Shown: in pieces, positions 36,581 through 49,922 of the stretch
Position numbering within the stretch: position 1 is the stretch's first letter
Layout: every line of letters starts with the position of its first letter
Assembly: GCF_031769215.1 (NCBI RefSeq)
Contig: NW_026782621.1
Coordinates: 496,001 to 560,000 of the forward strand
Reading direction: 5' to 3'
Source: Ylistrum balloti
Taxonomy: Eukaryota
DNA: 64,000 nt
Program-made: the position numbers and the translations under genes
Notes under the pieces: generated by a model
Seen by the model: only the letters and a program-made list of their open reading frames with translations
Told to the model about the DNA's origin: nothing
Database searches by the model: none

Positions 36581-39500
36581 CTGTCTTGGTAAAGACCAGG
36601 GATATTATGAGGTAATGATTAGGAGAGAAGGTAAACCACTCGCACAAACCTTAGCGATCCCTGCAGCTAGATATAAACGTAGATACACAAGTGTATATTT
36701 ATACTGTTATATCGACTTGGTAAGTGATATTGCTTCCTAATACTTGTACCTGTAGTGTTAAAGTGGTGTTCACTTAATAGATTGTGACAGAAAAAACGAA
36801 CCAGTCTAGCTTCATGTAAGATATACCGATTTTATGGTATAGTCTATTGCAAATTAGGTATCTAATTAATTTTGAAGTGTTTATCAAGATAAACAATGAC
36901 CTTAGGGAACAAAAAAAGTTATTGACATGTAATTTGAATAAATCAATGATACAGTAACATGCCCTTCTTGTCACCGTGCTCTTAAGCGGACTCGCAGGTT
37001 CATTACCAAGACCCCGAGGTATAAACAAATCTCGTTTGTATAGCGTCAGTCCCGCTACGTAAGTAATACTAATTGAGCTAATTGCTATTTACTTCACGTC
37101 TTTAATTGGTTTCTTGATGTAAAACTTGGTTGTCTTTAGCTAGCAGGTAGACAGTGATGTATGGTAAAATATGTCAGACATTATCACGTTACAAGGAGTT
37201 GTTGCTTTATGCTATTGTTCTTATCTGTCTCATATAAATTACATTTATCTTTTACAATCACAGGAAGGTTATCGTCGTACAAAATCGTGACAATATGTAG
37301 TCATTTGTTTCAGTACAAAATCACGCTTGATGTGGATATTTCATGATTAAATATGGCAACTGCCAAATTGTATTTCGGCAAGACATATACATATCTAAGA
37401 ATTTATTCGATTGATTAATATTTAGTAGATATAAGGTATCATAATATATGTTTACAGGATTGTTAAACTATATTGATTAAAACTTATTAATCACAGGATT
37501 TATATATATATATATTGATATATATCATCACAGGTAGTTTATATATTGCACCATATTTTCTCCAGTTACATTTATACCACAGGATAGACTTGTGTGTCTT
37601 GAACACTCCGCGGTGTCAGATCATCGCCTCGGGAGTTAGACTGTCAACACCACCGACCTTCAACCGTCGTTAACATTACACTAGGTAGTGATGTAATTTA
37701 GTAACACTATCGACATTTGATTGACTCCCTAACCCTACGGTAGTCTGACTTCGTCAGATCTTTTTCGTCAGATATTTTTTCCTTTTGTGATTTGTAGTTT
37801 CTAGTTTACACAAGTTACTCTTTAGGAACCATGATGAAATTGGTTGACGGACTGTGCGAAAACCACACAAGTAAATAGCACTTTCCTTACAAATTTAGTC
37901 ATAGATAAAAACACAATGCAATCATTTTGTCATTGGTACGACAAAAAGCTTTGCGCTTAATCATCAATGGAGTCTCCATCGAAACGAAGATTCCCACATG
38001 AAGATATTTTAATTTGTTTAGTAACTGCAATTAGTAGAGATGCTAGAAGAAAGTTCTGCATTTTTACTGTTTAATTATGTCACTCTACTAGTAACTAAGC
38101 TACCGCTAAAATTAATTACTTATTGTGTGTAAAATGTTCGATATCAATTGCGATACATGATTGTTCATACGTTGTTGGATACAGTGGACAAAGCTATTAC
38201 AAATTTTAGGTAGCTCGCTTCTGACATTTATTTAGAAAATTCGTCGTTCTGACCATCATTATTAGTGGTTTGCTAAAATGAAATAGCATAGGTACATGCA
38301 TTTACTGGTGTATATAGTGTATAAATAAAAATAGTATTGATACCATAGTATGTTGAAGTTATCCAGTGGTTAGTGAAAAAACGAGAGCGTTAGGAGAGTT
38401 ATATACAAAATTATCACTCGACATACATGTACATGTATATCAATTTCACATGTCCCAATAGATCTGCAGGAAATTAAACGATAAAGAATTATTTCATCTT
38501 TGTTTTGATTTCTATGAAAACAGTCTTACAAACCACTGGGCTTTGAATAAGCGGGGCCTGGTGTTATATGTTTACATCCTAGATATACAGAGGAGCTATT
38601 GTTTCTGTATAGAAACAAAACGGTCGTCAATGTCATTACTGACAGCTTTATAGACAAGTATGAGTACAAATATATATGTGATTGGGATATCATTACAGAA
38701 CTTTGATTTATTGTTTCGAAAATGTCAATTGTCAACATCGCTTCTAATTTTTCAAATTTAAAATGATTTAACAAAGATAAAACAATCAATTACATGATGT
38801 GATGAAGGATATAATTGATCTTATTCCTGATCGAAAAGATGTTTGCCTTACTTATAGATTAAAAACCGCAAAATGTGATTAATGCACTTGCATATTATCC
38901 TTACATAATAGAATTAATGATTGAATATGCACCTTTATATTATTTACACTGGTCTTAATAAAATGCTTGTGTAAAAGAAAATTCGCTTACAAACCAATAG
39001 TGATAAACGAATTTATTTTATGACTAATTGTTCAAGTAGTTATCTAATAAACATCCATCAACTTTCCTTTTTTAGTGCTTTATACGGCACTGAATTAAAA
39101 GATGTATTGACACGGTGGTGATTAATTACATGTCATTTATATACTAAACATAGATTGTTTAAGATAAAGTATCTCATGATAAATATTGCTAAAAAGATTT
39201 TAGATTACGAAAGTAATATTTTGGTGAAAGAGACACGCAAGGCACAGGCAGAAACAAGAAATCTTGGATATCAAATGAATACACCAATATGTTATTTATC
39301 AAGTACAGCCCGAACTTGGGATGTAAACACTGTTCATCAATGCCGTCACGTGCGTCACAAGGTCGCGGGTCACGTGTAACTGTTACGGTCTCCCGGAAAC
39401 TGACTATGACATGTAACGCCCCTACTAAACGCCAAGCTGATGACGAACTCTTCATACTCTTTATCATAATTTACCATAATAGATTGGGGTCGTTTTTTCA

Positions 39501-40814
39501 GTTTGCAAGTATAATCAACGTATTATACAAATATTATTTGACTTTTTCTGAGGCAAACATTCAAAGAAATGTGTTCTTTTGTTGTTATCGTGTCTTGGCT
39601 GAACTAGAATCTGCTGCATTCATTAACGACATCGAATAACGCACCTTTTAAGAGATTAATATGGAAGTGCAACCACCTGGTAAATATCAAGCGCCTTCGA
39701 ATTTTATCAAAGTTCAGAGCATAATTTTACACAATTATATAATGAACTTTATTATGCACATACCTTACAAGAATTATCTGAAGAGCTCTATAATAAATCA
39801 TATAGACAAAGACGTGATACGCATTATTACAAACAATTTTAGCATGAAAAAGACATTATCTATCGATCACAAATACATGCGGTTTTTTTGTTTAATTAAG
39901 AAAGTGGAATCGAAACAAGAGTGTCATATTTTCAAAAATAATCGAAATTCACAAAGATTATCAAACAAAGAACAATCGACTATAGTTTGTATTTTATAAA
40001 TTGAATCTACAATAAAGTTAACTCGAGAAACCTGCCATGCCTTTAGGCATAAATAACTAATAAATTTCCATATTTTATAAATATACATATTCCATACGCT
40101 GATATTGATTTATCCGAGAAACCCTTATGATATCAAAGAATGTGACACTGGCGTCCATGGACAATAAGATGTGGCCACTATATGGTCATTTAAAATGTCG
40201 CCATATCGTCATGTCTTTGACAAGAAGAACATTTAAATTTCGAACTCGATGAAATGATGGCAAAATATGACCAACATAAAAGAAAACGGAGAATAATATC
40301 AGTACATGATAGCAAGACAATATATGAAGTCCCAACGAAAATGTCGTTATCAGTACGTAATGCCTGTCTAGTATGGAAAAGTTTAAAAGGCTGTTTTCGT
40401 TTTCATCCCTCGTCGGGTGGATGCTCGCAAATAACTTTCACAGATAAAAAAAACGTTGCAGTATGCTAATCGGCTTTATTTTCAGGTAGATTCGGGTAAA
40501 GTTGTCATTCATAAGGTCTCAAGTTCTTCACCGTCTTTGCTAACACTTTTGGAGAGACACAATTTTACATTAGATAATTTTGGAGAGTAGACTAAAACGC
40601 CAATGCTATGATAGTGTTCACATGTAACAAATACCCACAGTATACTACGTGATAGCAGGGCAGTATTTTTATGTATGTTTATTACATTATACAAATACGT
40701 TATGGCATATCGTGTGTGTAAATGACATTATCTTAGTGTAAATAATTCATATCTACTAATTGCCAGAGAAGCAATGTATAGGTTGACAAGTTGGAGTCGG
40801 ACAGTTGTGGTTAC

Positions 40815-41532
40815 CTGTACAGTGTGTCTGATAAACTGCCCTGTAAACATTAGAACCATTCGATACATTGATATCGCCGACATTTGTATTTGGCAGAAGA
40901 AAGATGTACTCGATTTCTAAATGATTATGTATTTGCCTGTGGTCAGGAAATATAGATACAGACTCCTGACCAATCAGTTCACTGTTTCTTAATTTCCATT
41001 CATTAAATAAGTATAAAACAACACCGATTTGTGTCTTGTGGAAATGCCTATATTTCAATATAAACTACGTTTTAGCGAGGGGGAAAAAGTGGGAAAAAGA
41101 CATATAAGACATTGAGTTCATCTCTCCTGCAATATTTATTGAAAACTCACTTTATGTCGAAACTGCGTATAATTGATGTTGACATTAACCTAAACTGGGT
41201 CAAATGATATACGCCAAAAAAACTTCCGAAAATATAGCTCCAAATTACAATAGTAGTACCTTACCTAAGTAAACCTGTTCACCACAATAATAAAAATCAC
41301 CTATTTGGCCGGTTAAACACATCTTGAATACGATATTCAATTCAGGTGGTAATTTTGGCAAATTAAGGTACGTTCTAAAATTGAACTGTTTTACGCCAAT
41401 GCCTATAGAAGTAAACATAGATATAACTGATGTATGCAAACGGTGACAGCACCAGTTGCAGGTTAAATTTGTTTTCAAATGAATTTTTAAAGGTGCAATA
41501 TAATCGGATGGTTCCGAGTTAAATATGTGCAT
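40815..41532 (-). CDS. Tentative spliced ORF of unknown function (3' end unresolved)
   Basis: ATG at 41532 is open to a strong donor (TAG/gtaagg) at 41265. It is phase-1 compatible with a 102-nt exon at 40815-40916 (EIEYIFLLPNTNVGDINVSNGSNVYRAVYQTHCT). No family recognised. Confidence 0.28.
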
Positions 41533-44454
41533 AGAATGAAACGTTTCAAACGAATAATTAAAAGTGTTTTAATGTAATTGCGTTATTAAAATTGTGTACT
41601 TGCTGTCAGAGGATTATTAGCGCAATTCTCCTGATAGAAAGTACGAATATTTTTGCTATGTTAAAAATTAAAGAACGATTGTGATCTTATCACGATTTTG
41701 ATGTCAAAGTTTCATCGGTATGGAAATATCTGTATCACAATTAGCATGATACAATCACGAAATGTTATATGCCTATGGAGAATATTTTTCAATATATAAC
41801 TACTTATCTTATAAAACTACATATGCATACCCACCTTTTAGTGATTGTAATAAGTAAGCCAAGCGTTTCCACAACAGAAGTACAATAATTGTTCACGACA
41901 GCCCTTTAGAAATCGTCCATCTCACAGCTCAAAAACAATTCTCGCATTTGCAACTCTGGCCACTGTGGTTGACGTCATCGCAATGTGCTCAGTCAGGTGT
42001 GACGACGTGGGATCGTGGCGACACTTCTGACTAGCTTATGATCGGTATACGCGACCCAGTTGATTATGATGAGATATGTCTGAGAGTGGATGGGAACTTA
42101 CCAACTGTCCGGGCATGACAATGGGAAGTGTGTTATGTTGTAATAAATAAGTGGCCTCTGTTTGCAATGTAATCTTAAAATGATTTATAGTATTTCACAG
42201 CATGTCACCTTCAGAATAACATTATCAACGTGTTAGGTAATAAAAAAAAGTTTCCAAGCGGCTCATTGACGTCATCCCGTGTTTACGTTCTGCAGAAAGT
42301 GTCCTTCATTTGTGGTAAACACTATTTATATCAAATCTTTGTCCTTGATATAGGTCGACGTTCTAACATTTTATAGTAATCTAGTTTAACTTCATCATTA
42401 CCACACAGGTGAGTAATTTTAGAACATCTTAGACTCAACATGTAATTTCTCCTATTGATGAGGTCAACACATCGGTCTGTCAATGGCTTCAATGTAGTAT
42501 CTATAATACGTTTCTTTGTACTAAAAGGTCTTATCACAATTTCAGCCAACAAAACAAAATGTTGTTATTTTAAATATGTGTTAATTCAAGTTAATTCCAA
42601 CAAAACACATAGCAACTTATGTCCATTATGATGATCTAGGAGTCATGAAATGAATGAAAGGGTAAGAAAATAGAATGTGCAATGCAAAATGCAACAAAAC
42701 ATTAGAAGTGCAAATCAAGGTACAAGTACCAATTTTTGTCGCAAGGGTAAACTTCTCCGTCATTTGTCTTCTTGTGTATCGCCTTACTATCTTCAAATCA
42801 CCCCCTTCCTACAGTTAAACATCATTATATACTGGCTTGATTTCAAATCACAGTTTTAACAGATGTTGTAGCACATCATCCTCTTTTATTGTCAAGGCTC
42901 ACATAAATCACTGACTGATATTTATAATGACTTTTAACGAATCAAATGTTTAAAAAAAATACTGCCTAAATCTGTATAGATAAATTATGGGCTTGTTCAT
43001 CTTTTGTTTCTCAATAAACAAGCTGTAAAACTTTAGTGTTATTATCTTGTTTAGAAGTTAAGAAATGTGACAAAATTTACCGTATCCTATCATCGGACCA
43101 GGTAATACAAAGAATATAATTTCGGCATTTATTGCGACCTACTTTGATTTTCCTCAGTAGTCCCCTAGGTATCACTACTTCAGACCGTACCATCACTGAC
43201 AGACAGACAGACAGAATTTAATTTTGCTCTACTGTATCTTAATCTATGTTAAAAGTGATGATATATTGTATGTTTTTGCTATCCTTTATCAATATCCATC
43301 AAACACAACTTGAAAATTAACATTTCTCAATAGTTTGGTACCTTGGAGTTTCCATCAAAGCCAATTACGCAATACCATGTAATAAATTTCTCGAAATTGA
43401 ATTTATGATGGGCGTAACCAGTATTAGTGCAAAAATGATGCACTTTCATGTCAATCAAAACATACAGGTTTTGAACTTTCTTTAAACATAAATTTTGTGA
43501 TTTTTGGTAAAAAATATATGAACATGAAGGTCCAACACCTAACCGACTCAACAGGTTTAGGTAATAAGTAAGAAAATGTGTGAATGATGGTCAGCTAAAT
43601 CATTACAGTATTGTTAAAACTTCTAACAGGACAAAGTTTTTCTCAGAGCTAATAGACAAACAAACGGACAGACAATACAATTCCTGCATATATAAATCCC
43701 AAATATCATTTGCATATATACTCGTTAACAGTAGCAGACTTACTGCTCGGAAAATGGTTAGTATAATACAACATCGAACAAATAAACATTTTATCAATAT
43801 ACCTAATGCTACAGTGTTTGTGACGACGTTCATGAGTCATTAATGTATCAACTATATCATATTTCCTATAAATGTATATGCTGATGTGAGCGAGTTGTGG
43901 TTGTATGTGTAGTAATGCGGTATTATTCTAATAATATTCTACCTCACTTGAATAATATCAAAATGTATAAGAGCTTTCGAGCTGTCCTATATTAATGGTA
44001 ATATATGCATTTCACTTGGTTTGAGCATAAGCAACGTTTTGTTTAAAACGTTACCTATCATGTCACCTTCAGAATAGCATTAACAATATATTAATTAAAC
44101 AGTTAGAAGTATTCAGTGTGTCGTAATGAAAAATGATAACCTCCTTTGTGAAAGTAAATCTTTATCTCTAAGGCATTTCCTAAATATAAACATGGGTCAA
44201 TGTTTTACCGCTCAGATCGTATCTTGTTTTAATTTGTTATTAAAGCACAGGTGAGTAATTTCAAACAACATTTAAATGTCAACATTTAAACGCTCAGAGG
44301 GATATAACGAACATTCAACTCTTATAGCTATACTCGCATGTAAACATACACGTTTTATCGTCTTATTGACGGGTCTATCAATAAGCAACGATTGAGAGAA
44401 AACGATCCAAAATGAATTACTTTTATCGAATGAAGTGATTGTTGATGTCAATTA

Positions 44455-44629
44455 CAGTCGAACCTCGCTATCTCGAATTCGTAAAACACGAAGACCCCTT
44501 CTTATTCGAAGCATTTCGTCGGTCCCTGCGTACCTTTACAGAAAACAATCGAGCTCACTTAAATCAAATATCTGTTATCTCGAAGTTTTCCTGTGGTCCA
44601 GCCGAGTTCGAGATAAAGAGGTCCTACTG
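44455..44629. mobile_element. TA-flanked 175-bp MITE (Tc1/mariner/pogo-type ends)
   Basis: TIR cagtcgaacctcgctatctcgaa versus cagtaggacctctttatctcgaa (19/23 identical). TA at 44453-44454 and 44630-44631. Confidence 0.85.
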
Positions 44630-44660
44630 TATATCTAAGTGACAGAAAATCACAATCTCT

Positions 44661-44805
44661 TTAAATATAAAGATCTATATTTTCGTAAGGAAGATACATA
44701 TTCGTTTGATGTCGTCATTTGTTTTTTCGACACTTTGTCCGCTAAATTTTTTTAATGACCCGAAGTTAAATATAAAGATCTATATTTTCGTAAGGAAGAT
44801 ACATA
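44661..44805. repeat. Exact 40-bp direct repeat separated by 65 bp
   Basis: ttaaatataaagatctatattttcgtaaggaagatacata at 44661-44700 and 44766-44805. Confidence 0.95.
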
Positions 44806-45595
44806 GGTTACGGTTCGTTTGATAAATCCAGTCTTAAGCGTTCATTTACAATACAAGAAAATAGCGCACGTTCACGTTTTAAGAAAATGTGTATAGAATG
44901 CCTTAGAAATGAGAAATCACCGGAAACATTTTTGTCAGAAGAAAAACTTATATGCGGAGAGGAAATATGATTCTAATATCAATGTGTTAGTTACATGGTA
45001 TACTAACACGTATGTATATAAATGTATTGATACATATACCTTAGTCTGTGTCATCTTCTCCTTTAGCAATTTCCATTGAAACATTAATTCAATCAATGTC
45101 TTGGATGAGATCTCCTTTGGCATCAGTACACGACTCGAGTGTCACGCCTGATGTAGATCAAGGAGAGAAATTGTTGAAATGTAATTTACAAAATTTAGTC
45201 TCATTATTATCAATTTTTTATTTTGAAAAAAAAATCTGAAGAAATTAGGGGTGGAGGATGTGAAATATAGATCCTTTCAACTCCAATCTACCAACCTTAC
45301 TTACTGTCCTTATATATGAAGTTAAGAATAATTTTTACCGTAGTGTCACGAAGAAGGAATGTCTTGTGAAACATTTGAAAGCATCATGTACATTTACAGA
45401 CAATGAATTTCACCGTCATTTACTTTTTTTGAATTGTGACAAAAAATGTCACAGGAATTTCACCATTTTGATTGATTATAATACATTATCCTAAACATAA
45501 TTTTACTCATTTACTCAAAATGTAGCTCGGACGGAGTCGGTGTTAGGTATAAAGTTCTTTATTATTTGTTAATTTTTCATCTTTTTTTTAAATCT

Positions 45596-47169
45596 ATGGA
45601 TGAAAACACTCATTCCGCGGCATTGGAAACATATCGCAGACAGTTGATATGCAAAAGGTGTGACACAGCCATCTCAGCGGTTCCTGCTGCTCTAAAGAAT
45701 GTTCATTTTGTATCCACCCATGAGCTTGCAAACACGATGGTTCCTCACTTAAACAAGCCATGTATTGCCCAGGTGTGCAACTTTTTAGGAATTATGCATT
45801 CATTAATAATTTAGCTGATTAGAACAGTTTTGTACTATAAATGGTTTCATTGTTCTTTAAAATATAAAAGCAGTAACCAATACGAGATTCTTGATGAAAT
45901 ATCTATTTACCTTGTTATCATCCCTGTATGGACTAACACATATCATAAGGACATCGCGCCAGCATTGACGAGTTTCAGCAGCCACCAGCTCATGTCATAG
46001 AGGACAAATTAATCAGTAAGCTTAGTGACTGGTGTGTATTGTCACTTAATCTACATATGTGACAGTTCATCAGAATATGGTTGTATATTTTATATTTTGA
46101 GAAGGTGGAAGGTAAGTTGGAACCATCAGCATATTTATCAAGAATGAAGCAGCTGACTGCTGCATCATCAGACAGTCTCAGTTGTTACTATTGTTTGCAG
46201 ACAAGAGGTTAAATAGTAGGTAGGGGTTTATACTAGTGTTGTAATGGTAGTGTGCAGGAAGGGAGTTATCATTCATTTACAGGAGATGTGTCAACGTTTG
46301 ACAGGGATTCGCTGCATAGCTTTGGCTATTGGTTCGGCAGTTGATGGCGTTAGATATCTTGTAAATGTTCAGGACGTCCTAAACAGCGGAAGAACAAAGG
46401 ATGAGCTAGAAGTTGTTCGGTATGTGGTAGAAAAGTGTTTCACACAAGGTGGTTGGTAGACCGAAACTTTCTGTCTCTTAAATGATATCTTAATGTCAAT
46501 GAATTCACATTTATTGTAGTTATTGATATTTTGGAGACAAAAATGTTAGGTCTGGGTGGTTGGGATTCGAGAATATTGTTCAATCAGACAATTGTCCATG
46601 TCTTGTTGGTGTCTTTGTGGAAGACAACAGCCTATTTGTACATTCTGGAATCTATGTTAAGGCGCCGTTCGATTATTTGCAAGCCTTGCCAATGGTCTTC
46701 AATATCGATAGATTTCATCGAGGTGAACCCAGCCCTTCATTTTACTGTCGATGTCCTTATTTTCACGGAGAACGGGGTGCTTGGACATTGTCTAGTATTA
46801 ACAAGGTGTTTGCCAGGTATGTAAAGGTGTGATTTAGGGTCTAATATAGAGTGTAGACAGGTGACAGAGTTAAGGACTTAAACAGTCAGTGCTTTTGGAA
46901 TATAAGTGATTTGGCTAAGTTGGCCATTTAGTGTAGGGAAACTTCTGCTAGCTGTAGCTGCTGAACGACCGCTTGTCATCTCAGTTTCCACTATTCTCTG
47001 CTACAGAGGTTTCAGTCATCACACCCTTAACGAGACAGTCTTTAGGAGCACACTAGTTCACAGACGTTTTGAAAATCATATAAGAATGTCCATCCACAAT
47101 GGTGAAGTTGATGTGGATACTGCCTCGTTTTCAGTGAAACGTGACCATGAAATATCATTTAACTTTTAA
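45596..47169 (+). CDS. Uncharacterised protein, ~272 aa (N-terminus uncertain)
   Basis: Exons 45596-45772, 46283-46419, 46550-46816, 46932-47169 (819 nt; intron phases 0, 2, 2; donors gtgtgc, gtatgt, gtatgt) give one uninterrupted frame with globular-protein composition. Confidence 0.7.
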
Positions 47170-49922
47170 CCTACTTAAATCGTGCAGTGACTGTGCCTGC
47201 ATGAAAGACAACAAATTATTTGTTTTATTGTAATGGACTCTTATTTATTGATTTTACAATAATGTATATAGACATGACAGTGGTAAAGACTGCTAGATAG
47301 TGAAAAAATGTACCACTTGTTTAAAAGTCACTCCATCTTATACAGGTTTACGTTGATAGCTTTCTATAATCAAACATTCTGCGATGTTTAGAGTTGTATT
47401 CAATTTCTCCAAATAGTGATGGACATCTCATGCTTGTGACACTCAACATTTCTCAAATAGACTTAAATACTTATAAGTTGTAATACAGAATGATGGTAAA
47501 TCAAGCAGTGTTTGTACAGTTAGTAAAATTTTTATTGTGATGAAACTGTATGTAATTCATGATTGACACCCATATGTTTTTTCATTGTAGATTAATAGCA
47601 GCTGCATTTGATGTGATGACACAGCTATACATACTTATGTATCATGTAGCAGATATGATTTAAGGTTTTATTATATAGGTGATTTTGTATTATTTGCCTT
47701 TTTCAGTTTGGTAAAAAAACAAACTTTCTGAATCAGCATTAGATTTTGTGATGTACACTTACTGTAACTCTCTCATACACGTAGGACACATTTTTTATTG
47801 AACTGTTGCAATAATACTAGGGTTGGCTTATCTGAATTCTACCCCGGAGCTAGCCCTGCATTAGAGTATCAAAAATATAATGGAATGTCCATTACTTTCT
47901 GTGGTGAAACATTTATTGATGTACATAAAAAAGTATCTGTAGTCTGACACTCCTGTTCCCACTTTCATATTACATTGTACAAATTACCACAAGATTTTGT
48001 TGATGTGTTTCAAAGTCATCACATGAACCATTACTTGCTATGTAAGGAAATGCCATCATTGTCAATTTTGCAGAAATCATAGACTTTCGTAACGCGTCAC
48101 TAACACTTGTCATAGTCTCATGTCAGTTTTATTACGATTTCTGAGTGGTAGATATACAGCATGTGTAATGCAGAGATCTACAGTGTTTTCCATTTCAAAG
48201 TGTATGTAAGAGAAAAAGAAAACTTGATGAAATGTGTCACAAAATATGATACATTACACATTTGTCCAAAAAATACCATGATACTGACACACTTGCATCA
48301 TTTTCTGATGCAATACAATAACGAAACCGAGTCATTGAATTGGCAATCCAAGTTGTCATTTATCGAATGAGACAACTTATTGTTGGGCGCATCTTTCGGG
48401 TCAATCAGTGATTGGGAGATGGTGTTTGGAGTTTCTCTGATGTCTTAAATTGAGGGGAGCCCAAGAATAAAATCTATTGTATTCCACAAACAACTGCATG
48501 ATAAAATTGACCCCCTATATAATCAGAGGATTTCTTCTGTGCTTACTGAGAGGACATTGAAATGACCTAAATAGATTTGCATTCCAGTCTTTGTGACCCT
48601 CTCGATGTAACCTTGGTAGTTGCCAGGATGTTAAACCCAATCAAAATAACACAATTAATTGTGTAAGAACAGATTTTGTTGTGGCATCATGATAATGTTT
48701 TACCATTTCATGGGATATAACTAAAACTATCTAAACATATCAAAACAGAAATGATGTTTTGAGAACTAAAAAAAACCTTCTTCTTTACAAACAGATAAAA
48801 TAGTGATTAGAATGAGTCCTCCCACCATTGGGGAAATGATATTTATTTGAAATTCCAAGCTTGATTTTCTGTTTGTAAGAATTTTCCTTTTGAAGATAAC
48901 TATTTTCTGATAAGATATTTTGTTTCTGTGTGGACTGGATTCCTGCAAATTGTGAAGATGATTTTCTGTCTTAAAGGTAAATCTACATGTTTATAGGAAT
49001 GCCTAACTGACATAATGTATGCCATTTAAAACAAAATCCAAAACCAATATGTACACACATCATAATTTATACAAATTATATAGATAATACAACATAAAAA
49101 TGACTATACATAATATTGTTTAATTTAAAAGGGAAAAATCATTTAGGTCCCAGTGATCACAGTTCTTCTTGTACAAGTATCTATACAGTACACTGAATTT
49201 CAGGGTTATACAGGGTCTGAAATCCCATATATACCAGGCTTCCATATTTCATGTTTAAAAACATATTTCCCCTGATATGTACATAATTTATATTCAGTTT
49301 GAAGCTAATATATCTCTTTTAACTGATTGGTATTAGATAAACTAGAATTCAAATATACGATTCAAAACAATTATTTGTGGGATTTTTGTCTATAAGTGGA
49401 TAGAAGAAATTTTGTATTTTTTTTATTTGAACACAATATCACTGTTTGATGGAAATGAAATTTTCGCTATCAAATAAAATTGAGTTATCAAGTCAGCGGC
49501 AGTCATAGTAACTAAGGTCATTTTTTTCTTTCAAGTTAGCTGCCGTTGTAAATAACTATGCGTAGGAATATGAATCTGTCATCAGGTAGCGAGTACCAAA
49601 TGTAAGACAGGGATACCAGTATCATATATATTGGTAAACCATATCAAATTGATGAACCAATAAAAGTTGTGATTGAAATTAAAACAATACACATCGGTAT
49701 ATCGTTCATATGTAATTTCAAAGTAATTTTCCTTCAATTCATGAAAAACAGATATGACTGATTTACAAATGAGAAGAATTAATTTAGATATTGAAATTCC
49801 TACTTCCAACAATGAAATCTTTACTGGACAGGCATACAACAATTTTGAATTGATACACTGTAAATATACATAGCAATATTTGACATTATTTCAAAATATA
49901 AAACTTTTCTGTCTGTGTATAC

